From positions 180 to 64,179 of the forward strand of contig RFSG01000002.1 in NCBI GenBank assembly GCA_009924095.1: a stretch of DNA of 64,000 bases, in the 5' to 3' direction. This DNA comes from Sphingobacteriia bacterium. Its GTDB lineage: Bacteria > Bacteroidota > Bacteroidia > J057 > RFSG01. The translations under genes and the position numbers were made by a program. The notes below the pieces were generated by a model. That model was given only the letters and a program-made list of their open reading frames with translations. It was not told the DNA's origin and did no database searches. Shown piece after piece: positions 31,612 through 37,964 of the stretch; position 1 is the first letter of the stretch; each line of letters starts with the position of its first letter.

Positions 31612-32205
31612 ATGGCGCTGGTAAACCAAAACCGTAATAACCGCGGTAGAAAAGAAGAACCTTACAGAATTAATGGCCGAATTTTGGCCTCTGAAGTAAG
31701 GATAGTAGGGATGGAGGACGAAGCAAGTAATGGAGTCTTTTCTCTAGATGAAGCTTTACGTTTGGCAGAACAGGCAGGATTAGATTTGGTAGAAATTGCC
31801 CCGAATGCCGTTCCTCCCGTCTGTCGTATAACCGAATATACTAAATTCAAATACGAACAGAAAAAACGCGACAAGGAAAACAAAAGTAAACAGCATGTGG
31901 TGGTGGTCAAAGAAATTAGGTTCGGTCCTAATACTGATGAACACGACTTTAACTTTAAAGTGAAACATGCTCAAAAATTTTTGAAAGACGGTAATAAGGT
32001 AAAAGCTTACGTTCATTTCTACGGACGAACAATTGTGTATAAGGAAAGAGGGGAGAAGTTGTTACTCGAATTTGCAGTTGCATTGGAAGAGTTAGCCAAA
32101 GTAGAAATGTTACCGAAGCTGGAAGGAAAACGGATGTATATCTTGTTAACCCCAACTGCCAAAGCTACTGCAGCTGCAAAATCAGCCGCAGAATCTAAAT
32201 CGTAA
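31612..32205 (+). CDS. infC: Translation initiation factor IF-3
   Basis: 197 aa with RING.I....VR..G and the IF3 C-domain. Standard thrS-infC-rpmI-rplT order. The exact start codon is uncertain because infC often uses unusual starts. Confidence 0.9.
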   Translation: MALVNQNRNNRGRKEEPYRINGRILASEVRIVGMEDEASNGVFSLDEALRLAEQAGLDLVEIAPNAVPPVCRITEYTKFKYEQKKRDKENKSKQHVVVVKEIRFGPNTDEHDFNFKVKHAQKFLKDGNKVKAYVHFYGRTIVYKERGEKLLLEFAVALEELAKVEMLPKLEGKRMYILLTPTAKATAAAKSAAESKS

Positions 32206-32223
32206 CTAGTTAATTTCCGTTAT

Positions 32224-32418
32224 ATGCCTAAAATGAAATCCAATTCCGGAGCCCGTAAACGGTTTAAAATCACCGGTTCCGGAAAGCTGAAAAGAAAACA
32301 TGCTTTTATGCGGCATATCCTGACGAAAAAATCAACAAAACGTAAACGTGCACTTTCTCATGATGGTCTCGTTCACGATGCTGATGCCGCCAGGATTCAT
32401 CGCATGCTCGTTGCTTAA
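32224..32418 (+). CDS. rpmI: 50S ribosomal protein L35
   Basis: 64 aa: [27 protein letters not shown]. Confidence 0.95.
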   Translation: MPKMKSNSGARKRFKITGSGKLKRKHAFMRHILTKKSTKRKRALSHDGLVHDADAARIHRMLVA

Positions 32419-32507
32419 TTTCTCTTTGATTCTGTTTTATTGTTTCACCCGGTATCAGGTTTTAAGTTGCAAATACTGCCACCTGCCACCAAAAAACAAC
32501 TTTAAGT

Positions 32508-32879
32508 ATGCCTAGGTCAGTAAATGCGGTCGCCTCCCGCGCAAGAAGGAAAAAAGTACTGAAAATGGCCAAAGGCTATTTCGGTCGTAAAAAAAATGTT
32601 TGGACAGTAGCCAAAAACCAGGTTGAAAAAGGTCTTCAGTTCGCTTATCGCGACCGTAAAACCAAAAAACGTAATTTCCGCGCCCTCTGGATCCAAAGAA
32701 TTAATGCCGGAGTTAGATTACAAGGATTGTCGTATTCCAGATTTATGGGATTAGCCCATTCTTCAGGTTTAGGCCTTAATCGTAAAGTTCTTGCAGATCT
32801 TGCCATGAATCACCCGGAAACATTTGCGAAAATCGTGGACAAAGTTCAAAATCATAAAAACGTTCTTGTTAACGCTTAA
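32508..32879 (+). CDS. rplT: 50S ribosomal protein L20
   Basis: 123 aa: [26 protein letters not shown]. Confidence 0.95.
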   Translation: MPRSVNAVASRARRKKVLKMAKGYFGRKKNVWTVAKNQVEKGLQFAYRDRKTKKRNFRALWIQRINAGVRLQGLSYSRFMGLAHSSGLGLNRKVLADLAMNHPETFAKIVDKVQNHKNVLVNA

Positions 32880-32898
32880 GATTTAATTTACACATTGC

Positions 32899-32934
32899 AA
32901 TACCGTACTCAGAAATTGGGTACGGTATTTTTTT
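32899..32934 (+). terminator. Rho-independent terminator of the thrS-rplT operon
   Basis: 10-bp stem AATACCGTAC/GTACGGTATT with an 11-nt loop, running into a T7 tract. Confidence 0.75.
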
Positions 32935-32961
32935 GCCCTTGCGGGCGGCCCGCGCCTGCAA
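32935..32961 (+). repeat. GC-rich palindromic repeat, copy R1
   Basis: GCCCTTGCGGGCGGCCCGCGCCTGCAA, immediately after the rplT terminator T-tract. Shares the core with R2-R5. Confidence 0.6.
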
Positions 32962-33048
32962 TCTTAAATTAAGCATTATACTTCACAGAGCTCTCGTTTG
33001 AGCGATTCTTCAATTGGTATTATGGCTAAAATAAGTGTCCAGCTTAAT

Positions 33049-33080
33049 TGTCGTATCAGTGATACGACAGTCTCTTTTTC
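33049..33080 (+). terminator. Terminator-like hairpin with T-tract, no upstream gene
   Basis: 9-bp stem TGTCGTATC/GATACGACA with a 3-nt loop, followed by GTCTCTTTTTC. Repeat R2 follows directly, mirroring the rplT terminator plus R1 arrangement. Confidence 0.45.
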
Positions 33081-33106
33081 GCCCTTGAAGGCGTCCGTGC
33101 CTGCAA
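33081..33106 (+). repeat. GC-rich palindromic repeat, copy R2
   Basis: GCCCTTGAAGGCGTCCGTGCCTGCAA. The downstream flank (ATTAAAATTGCCCATTAT) also resembles the R1 flank (CTTAAATTAAGCATTAT). Confidence 0.6.
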
Positions 33107-33210
33107 CAGATTAAAATTGCCCATTATTAATCATGGCAATCATTTAATCACAAAAATCATAATTCAGACATTTAGATTGCAATGATCAATGAACATTATC
33201 CCACTACACA

Positions 33211-33251
33211 GCCCAAGGTCATTTCAACATCATAGGCGACCACGCCTGCAA
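33211..33251 (+). repeat. GC-rich repeat, copy R3 (split by about 15 nt)
   Basis: GCCCAAGG...AGGCGACCACGCCTGCAA. Confidence 0.5.
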
Positions 33252-33272
33252 CGGTGGGCTAGATTGGTATTA

Positions 33273-33290
33273 TTTTTCGTCAACCTAATT
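33273..33290 (+). repeat. Left copy of 19-bp imperfect direct repeat
   Basis: ATTTTTCGTCAACCTAATT versus ATTTTTTGTCAACCTATTT at 34870..34888 (17 of 19 identical by eye). Confidence 0.5.
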
Positions 33291-33319
33291 GTAAAAAGAG
33301 GGGCAATCAATCTTAGTTT

Positions 33320-33661
33320 TTAGATTGTTTGAATTATTAAGTTTATTTCTGTCTCAAGTTTTTCAAGATCCTTTTCAATAATAGTCCAAACAATCTTATA
33401 GTCTATTCCCATATAATCGTGTACAATTCTATTTCGAAACCCTTTAATTCTAAACCAATTTACACCTTGATTTAAATCTTTGAAGTCTTCTGGAAGTCTA
33501 TTTGCGGCTTCCCCAATTATTTCAAAATTTCTAATTACTGCATCAAGCGTTTTTGAGTCTTTAATAAATGATTCAAATGTGTGACCTGCAGTATAGGAAT
33601 TAATTTTTTCAATAGAATCTAAAATATCTAATAGAAGTAATCTTGATTCTCTTTTAGACAT
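33320..33661 (-). CDS. hepT: HepT-like (DUF86) ribonuclease toxin
   Basis: 113 aa with the RNRIVHDY (Rx4HxY) active-site motif. 8-nt overlap with the upstream MNT gene. Confidence 0.85.
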   Translation of the reverse strand: MSKRESRLLLLDILDSIEKINSYTAGHTFESFIKDSKTLDAVIRNFEIIGEAANRLPEDFKDLNQGVNWFRIKGFRNRIVHDYMGIDYKIVWTIIEKDLEKLETEINLIIQTI

Positions 33662-33944
33662 AGATTAATTCATTTTCAATATTTTTAAAATAGTTGGGTT
33701 TTATACCATTTTTAGAAACCAAATCAACCTTAACTTTCAGAATTTCTTCTAATTCATAAGCTAAGTCAATGAACTCAATTCCAATAGGCTTATCAAAGTC
33801 CACTAAAATATCAACATCACTATCATTGGTTTGCTGGCCACGACCATAACTCCCAAAAATGGCTATATAACTTATTCCATACTTTGATGAAAGTTTTGCT
33901 TTATTATTTTTAAGCTTTTCTTTGATGTCAATCAAGGATACCAT
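33654..33944 (-). CDS. mntA: MNT-type nucleotidyltransferase antitoxin
   Basis: 96 aa with GSYGRGQQTNDSDVDILVDF (GSx10DxD pol-beta-type nucleotidyltransferase motif). Confidence 0.85.
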   Translation of the reverse strand: MVSLIDIKEKLKNNKAKLSSKYGISYIAIFGSYGRGQQTNDSDVDILVDFDKPIGIEFIDLAYELEEILKVKVDLVSKNGIKPNYFKNIENELIYV

Positions 33945-33980
33945 TAAGTAAATATAGAAAATGAAATCGAATGTTCATTT

Positions 33981-34013
33981 GCCTTCCGCCATTGCAGGTG
34001 ACCCCGCCTTCAA
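33981..34013 (-). repeat. GC-rich repeat, copy R4 (inverted orientation)
   Basis: The reverse complement reads TTGAAGGCGGGGTCACCTGCAATGGCGGAAGGC. Confidence 0.5.
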
Positions 34014-34030
34014 TTATAAATTGAGCATAT

Positions 34031-34149
34031 AGCGGAGGCGGTGCCTGAGCGCACTCGTGCTGAGCGCTTGCCCTGAGCTTGCTTGCCCTGAGCTTGCCGA
34101 AGGGCCGAAGGGCCGAAGCGGAGTCGAAGGCCGAAGGTCAGCCTCCGCT
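34031..34149. repeat. 119-bp GC-rich element with 9-bp terminal inverted repeats and internal tandem repeats
   Basis: The ends AGCGGAGGC ... GCCTCCGCT are inverted. Inside are 2 x CTTGCCCTGAGCTTG (34067..34096) and an array of CCGAAGGG-like octamers (34097..34138). Composition contrasts sharply with the AT-rich surroundings. Confidence 0.6.
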
Positions 34150-34165
34150 CAGGGACAGAGCAGGA

Positions 34166-34339
34166 GTTTTGTTTAAGGTTTTCAAGTTGCAATCCTAAAA
34201 CTTCATTTAAAACAGGAACTAAGAAGCTTTCAGCGTGTATATTGATATGGTAATTGCTAATGGCATTAAAGCCTTGAACCTCCACAACAAATCTTGCAGC
34301 GTAAGTATTTATTTTGTTTATGTAGTCAATTCGATTCAA
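34166..34339 (-). pseudogene. SMEK-domain protein gene, N-terminal fragment only
   Basis: MNRIDYINKINTYAARFVVEVQGFNAISNYHINIHAESFLVPVLNEVLGLQLENLKQ resembles SMEK-domain N-termini (NIHAE.F....LN...G..LEN). Beyond about codon 57 the frame runs into the GC-rich element (track ORF 34010..34339) and the rest of the gene is absent. Confidence 0.55.
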
Positions 34340-34433
34340 AATGCTCTATTTCTTTTTAAAGATTATATTTCTCCATCATTCGCTTTACGGACTGTTATAT
34401 TTCCTGAATATTCATTTTTAAAATTTCAATTTC

Positions 34434-34736
34434 TTAAGGTGTTTTTTCTTCACGTTCAACTTGCTCAAAATCGGGAAGGTCTTTTATTTGCTTACTCATG
34501 GAGCTTTTCCACCTGCCTTTGTATTGCGGTAATCTTTCATCTAATTTTTTCGGAAAATCGGTGTGTAGTAATTCTTTGCTTTTGCATTTGGCTTCGAACT
34601 CAGCTAAATAGAAATCGGCATCCATTTGATATTCTACCAGCAAATACCAGATGTCGTAAAAATCTCTTGCTTGCATTCGCTGCATCACCGAACGCATCTT
34701 TTCGACTAAAACTTCTTCTAATGGATAATTTATGTA
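34434..34736 (-). pseudogene. AbiEii/AbiGii-family nucleotidyltransferase toxin, C-terminal fragment
   Basis: The frame opens right after a stop at 34739..34737: YINYPLEEVLVEKMRSVMQRMQARDFYDIWYLL... This is typical of an AbiEii C-terminal region. The N-terminal two thirds, including the catalytic part, are missing. Confidence 0.65.
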
Positions 34737-34739
34737 TTA

Positions 34740-34845
34740 GCCGAAAATCAATACCATATTTCCCTTGCAACTGGCGGTATATCCCTCTGCCCGATAGGTA
34801 ATCTGCAATTACCCGTTCTTTTAAATTTTGATCGTACTTTTCCAT
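34740..34845 (-). mobile_element. IS3-family (IS150-like) OrfA HTH, N-terminal remnant
   Basis: MEKYDQNLKERVIADYLSGRGIYRQLQGKYGIDFRLIHK resembles transposase OrfA HTH N-termini. The ORF then drifts out of frame over the AbiEii fragment. I saw no catalytic OrfB and no inverted repeats. Confidence 0.45.
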
Positions 34846-34869
34846 TTTTCTTGTCCTAATTTTAGTTGA

Positions 34870-34888
34870 TTTTTTGTCAACCTATTTC
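34870..34888 (+). repeat. Right copy of 19-bp imperfect direct repeat
   Basis: ATTTTTTGTCAACCTATTT. Pairs with 33272..33290 and brackets the HepT/MNT, SMEK, AbiEii and IS remnants. Confidence 0.5.
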
Positions 34889-34978
34889 AGGACGAGACTC
34901 GTTCTGTTCCGCCTCCGGCGTCGCTCGATATAGTGGGGGCATTTAGCTATAAACATTTATCCCCTTCGGGGATGTAAT

Positions 34979-35006
34979 AAAAAAAACCAGGCAGGCGGGT
35001 CTGGTT
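34979..35006 (-). terminator. Probable nuoC terminator (bidirectional hairpin)
   Basis: Minus strand reads CCAGACCCGCCTGCCTGG followed by T8. The A-run and T-run flanks can extend the stem. The loop shares GCAGGCGGGT with repeat R5. Confidence 0.55.
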
Positions 35007-35022
35007 TTATCATTCGTTCCCT

Positions 35023-35048
35023 TAGCCCCCGATTTAAACCGGGGGCTA
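35023..35048. other. Stable hairpin TAGCCCCCG-loop-CGGGGGCTA
   Basis: 9-bp GC-rich stem with an 8-nt loop, between the nuoC terminator and repeat R5. Confidence 0.5.
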
Positions 35049-35069
35049 TTTAAACTGGGTGCTATGAAT

Positions 35070-35099
35070 CCTTGCAGGCGGGTACGCCTGCAAGGGCGG
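35070..35099. repeat. GC-rich palindromic repeat, copy R5 (perfect 11-bp stem)
   Basis: CCTTGCAGGCG-GGTA-CGCCTGCAAGG. The reverse complement GCCCTTGCAGGCGTACCCGCCTGCAA aligns with R1. Confidence 0.65.
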
Positions 35100-35100
35100 A

Positions 35101-35129
35101 AATAACTACCCACTACTCACTACCTACTA
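35101..35129 (-). repeat. TAG heptad array starting at the nuoC stop codon
   Basis: Minus strand reads TAG TAGG TAG TGAG TAG TGGG TAG TTAT. TAG occurs at offsets 0, +3, +7, +14 and +21 from the stop, covering all three frames. Confidence 0.6.
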
Positions 35130-35621
35130 TTTATACGGCTTCGGAGGATCCTTCTCAGGAACTTCAATCGATCCGGCTATCCCAATTAATGGGAATTCTT
35201 TCCGTAATGGAAAATATTCAAAATCTTCCGGCATAAACATACGACGCAAATCCGGGTGATTCTTAAATCGTATCCCCATCATATCAAATGCTTCCCGCTC
35301 ATTCCAATTCGCAGAAGGCCATAACTCACAAAGTGAATCTACCTCTGGATTTTCTTCATTCACCCGACAGGAAATACGAATCCGCTTTTTCTCTGCCAGA
35401 TTAAATAAATTGTAGGATAACCGAAAACGCTGTTGATCGGTAAACATATCCGTTGCTGTGATATCACTTAAATATGTGAAACCGAATTTTTCTTTTAAGA
35501 TCTGACAAACCGCTAATAAATGCTGAGGTTGAATTTCTAAACTCACCTCACCGGCATATTGGTTTACCTCGATAATTTGTTCCTGCAGGGAGGAACGTAC
35601 TTCATCCAGAAATTGATTCAT
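35127..35621 (-). CDS. nuoC: NADH-quinone oxidoreductase subunit C (stand-alone)
   Basis: Contains the NuoC signature ...LSDITATDMF...FRLSYNLF...WPSANWNEREAFDMMGIRFKNHPDLRR. The start is moved to ATG 35621 (MNQFLDE), which removes the overlap with pyrE in track ORF 35127..35693. Confidence 0.85.
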   Translation of the reverse strand: MNQFLDEVRSSLQEQIIEVNQYAGEVSLEIQPQHLLAVCQILKEKFGFTYLSDITATDMFTDQQRFRLSYNLFNLAEKKRIRISCRVNEENPEVDSLCELWPSANWNEREAFDMMGIRFKNHPDLRRMFMPEDFEYFPLRKEFPLIGIAGSIEVPEKDPPKPYK

Positions 35622-35634
35622 GTGATAATAGCTT

Positions 35635-36276
35635 TCATGCCTTCCAGTGCTCAGGGTTCTGGCGAAAAGCCAGGATGAGTTCGCGATCGGCATCGCAAAT
35701 ATAATTTAATTCTATGGCTTTTGAAATCAACTGTTCCAGGGTGCAAAGGGAAAGGAAGGGGATACCCGCTGTTTCAAATGCGGTGCGGGCAGTTGAAAAT
35801 CCGTAGGAAAAAATACTTACCATACCACACACCCGGGCGCCGGCAGATTGTAACGCAGCTACTGCTGCTAAACTGGACCCTCCGGTAGAAACTAAATCCT
35901 CTACCACCAACACCGGTCGATCCGGATTCCATTTTCCTTCGATTTGATTTCCCATACCATGTTCCTTAGGTTTAGGACGAACATATAAAAAGGGTAGGGA
36001 TAAACGATCGGCTAACAACACCCCCTGAGGTATGCCCGCAGTGGCTACGCCGGCAATAGAACCCGCTTCCGGAAAACCCTGTCCCGCCAGTCGGAATAAC
36101 CCCTCCGTAATTAAGTTTCTTACCCCCGGATCGGATAAGGTTAAACGATTATCTGTATAAATCGGAGATTTCCATCCCGATGCCCAGGTAAAGGGTTCAT
36201 GAGGTTGAAACTTAACGGCTTTCAACCGAATCAGATTTTCAGCAATATTTACAGCAATTTCAGATAAAGAACTCAT
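35635..36276 (-). CDS. pyrE: Orotate phosphoribosyltransferase
   Basis: Contains the PRPP-binding motif VLVVEDLVSTGGSS. The start is moved to ATG 36276 (MSSLSEIA...) within track ORF 35635..36345. Confidence 0.9.
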   Translation of the reverse strand: MSSLSEIAVNIAENLIRLKAVKFQPHEPFTWASGWKSPIYTDNRLTLSDPGVRNLITEGLFRLAGQGFPEAGSIAGVATAGIPQGVLLADRLSLPFLYVRPKPKEHGMGNQIEGKWNPDRPVLVVEDLVSTGGSSLAAVAALQSAGARVCGMVSIFSYGFSTARTAFETAGIPFLSLCTLEQLISKAIELNYICDADRELILAFRQNPEHWKA

Positions 36277-36928
36277 GCCTCTAAGTAACAAAATATTCTC
36301 CTCCCGTTGCATACTCGAATGGAAATCCGGTAAGCCTAATCCCAACGAGCATGCCCCTAAAACGTTAGATATCTTAGCCCCACCCGAAAACTGGACTTTC
36401 TTACCCTCCCTGGCTACCCTACATCAGGAAATGTCAGACTCGGCAATAACCTTAAGAGTATGGCTGGAAGAAGGAGAACAACTGGCTGAACTGATTAAAG
36501 CATATATGGCATTGTATCAACCCATCACAGCCGCCGGCGGTTTGGTTTATACCCCCGATCATCAGTTACTCATGATTTATCGCAAAGGGTGGTGGGATTT
36601 ACCCAAAGGAAAACAAGACCCCGGAGAGGATTTACTTTCCTGTGCCTTGCGGGAAGTAACCGAAGAAACGCTTATTCCGGAATTAACACCCGGTAGAAAA
36701 TTTGGCGTCACCTGGCATATCTATCAACTGAAAGATACCTGGATGCTCAAAGATTCACATTGGTATTATATGGAAAGTAAAGAAGCCTATCCATTACAAC
36801 CTCAAACCGAAGAAGAAATAACCGCTGCGGTTTGGATGGATGCCTCTCAACGAAAAATCTTGATCCCGGAAATGTATCCTTTAATTGCAGAATTAGTTAC
36901 CTCGGCGGATCTCCGTAAAGATCTTTAA
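36275..36928 (+). CDS. NUDIX hydrolase
   Basis: Contains the Nudix box GKQDPGEDLLSCALREVTEETLI. The start is uncertain (ATG 36275 or ATG 36431). Confidence 0.78.
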   Translation: MPLSNKIFSSRCILEWKSGKPNPNEHAPKTLDILAPPENWTFLPSLATLHQEMSDSAITLRVWLEEGEQLAELIKAYMALYQPITAAGGLVYTPDHQLLMIYRKGWWDLPKGKQDPGEDLLSCALREVTEETLIPELTPGRKFGVTWHIYQLKDTWMLKDSHWYYMESKEAYPLQPQTEEEITAAVWMDASQRKILIPEMYPLIAELVTSADLRKDL

Positions 36929-37385
36929 CTACTGCCGGAGGAACTAGTCCCTCTAATTTTCCTTTGTATCGGTAAATCTCGCGAACAAAGGTGGAAGAAA
37001 TATGAGAATTTCCGGGATTACAGACTAAAAATACCGTTTCAATTTCATGATTTAGAAATTGATTTATTCTGGAAATATGAGTTTCATACTCTAAGTCGGA
37101 ATAATTTCTCAATCCCCGTAATAAAAATTTGGCGCCATGTTTACGGGCAAAATCCACCGTTAACTGGTCAAACGCCGCTACTTCCACTCTTGCCATTGCT
37201 TTAAACTCTGATTGAATCCAGCTTAATCGTTGTTCAATGGGAAATAAATGTTGCTTGCGACTGTTAATGCCAACGCCAATGATGATTTTATCAAATAATT
37301 CCAGACCTCTATTAATAATTTCTAAGTGGCCCATTGTGATAGGATCAAAAGATCCCGCAAATACTGCTGTTCGAAGGGTTTGCAT
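36897..37385 (-). CDS. coaD: Phosphopantetheine adenylyltransferase
   Basis: 162 aa with AVFAGSFDPITMGHLEII (the HxGH-type nucleotidyltransferase motif). Confidence 0.93.
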   Translation of the reverse strand: MQTLRTAVFAGSFDPITMGHLEIINRGLELFDKIIIGVGINSRKQHLFPIEQRLSWIQSEFKAMARVEVAAFDQLTVDFARKHGAKFLLRGLRNYSDLEYETHISRINQFLNHEIETVFLVCNPGNSHISSTFVREIYRYKGKLEGLVPPAVVKDLYGDPPR

Positions 37386-37412
37386 ACTTCAACCTTAAGA
37401 TAATAAACTTAA

Positions 37413-37964
37413 TTACGATTTCTCAGATATCCCATGATAAAAACTAAAAGCCGTAGTGCCATACACTCTTTTTTCAACAAATCCTGGTAAATCAGCATAA
37501 TTGGATTGACTTACATGTTCCCATACCAACCAGCCTTCAGGCGCAAGCCATAGGGCTTGTAATAATTGGGTTACCATTTCTAATTGTCCAGGCATGGCAT
37601 ACGGAGGATCTAAAAATATTAAATCATAGGGTTTAGCAGGGGGCGTTTTAATCCATTTTAAAACATCAGATTTAATCGGGAGGATTTGATCCAGCGCTAA
37701 TGTTTTGGATATTTCTCGAATATATTTCACACAGCCTATATGTTGATCAACCGCAGTAATAGATAAGGCTCCTCTGCTTCCAGCTTCTAAACTTATATTT
37801 CCGGTGCCTGCAAATAATTCCAACATATTGCATTCATCCCAGCTAATTCTATTTTCTAAAATATTAAATAAGGCTTCCTTGGTTTTATCCATCGTGGGTC
37901 GCACAGGTAAATTTTTAGGGGGATGTAATATCCATCCTTTGTGTCGCCCGGATATAATTCTCAT
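37413..37964 (-). CDS. rsmD: 16S rRNA (guanine966-N2)-methyltransferase
   Basis: 183 aa with MRIISGRHKG...RPT.D..KEALFNIL and the DPPY motif. Confidence 0.85.
   Translation of the reverse strand: MRIISGRHKGWILHPPKNLPVRPTMDKTKEALFNILENRISWDECNMLELFAGTGNISLEAGSRGALSITAVDQHIGCVKYIREISKTLALDQILPIKSDVLKWIKTPPAKPYDLIFLDPPYAMPGQLEMVTQLLQALWLAPEGWLVWEHVSQSNYADLPGFVEKRVYGTTAFSFYHGISEKS

Noticed and set aside
34067-34138. Possible CRISPR array (short tandem GC-rich repeats)
   Set aside because: The units are only 15 and 8 nt and are directly abutting, with no spacers. No cas genes are nearby. This is micro-tandem repetition, not CRISPR.
34010-34339. 109-aa ORF taken as an intact gene
   Set aside because: Only the first 57 residues or so look like a real (SMEK-type) protein. 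The remainder (SCSVPERRLTFGLRLRFGPSALRQAQGKQAQGKRSARV...) is a read-through of the GC-rich repeat element. I annotated it as a truncated pseudogene instead.
34235-34801. 188-aa plus-strand ORF in the track
   Set aside because: It runs antisense across the SMEK N-terminus, an AT-rich spacer and the AbiEii fragment. Its sequence is Phe/Leu/Ile/Cys-rich with no motif. The minus-strand fragments explain the region better.
35622-35693. Long N-terminal extensions in track ORFs (35622..35693 nuoC, 36277..36345 pyrE, 39265..39327 thioesterase, 42335..42439 M16 peptidase, 1197..1262 GT39, 48481..48531 RidA)
   Set aside because: The extensions overlap neighbouring genes, a terminator hairpin or a promoter box, and they encode non-conserved-looking sequence. 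Internal ATGs give N-termini typical of the families.
36274-36277. pyrE and the NUDIX gene appear to share a CATG, giving back-to-back divergent start codons with no intergenic promoter space
   Set aside because: This is probably an artefact of start choice. The NUDIX gene has an alternative in-frame ATG at 36431, which leaves a normal divergent promoter region. It cannot be resolved from sequence alone.
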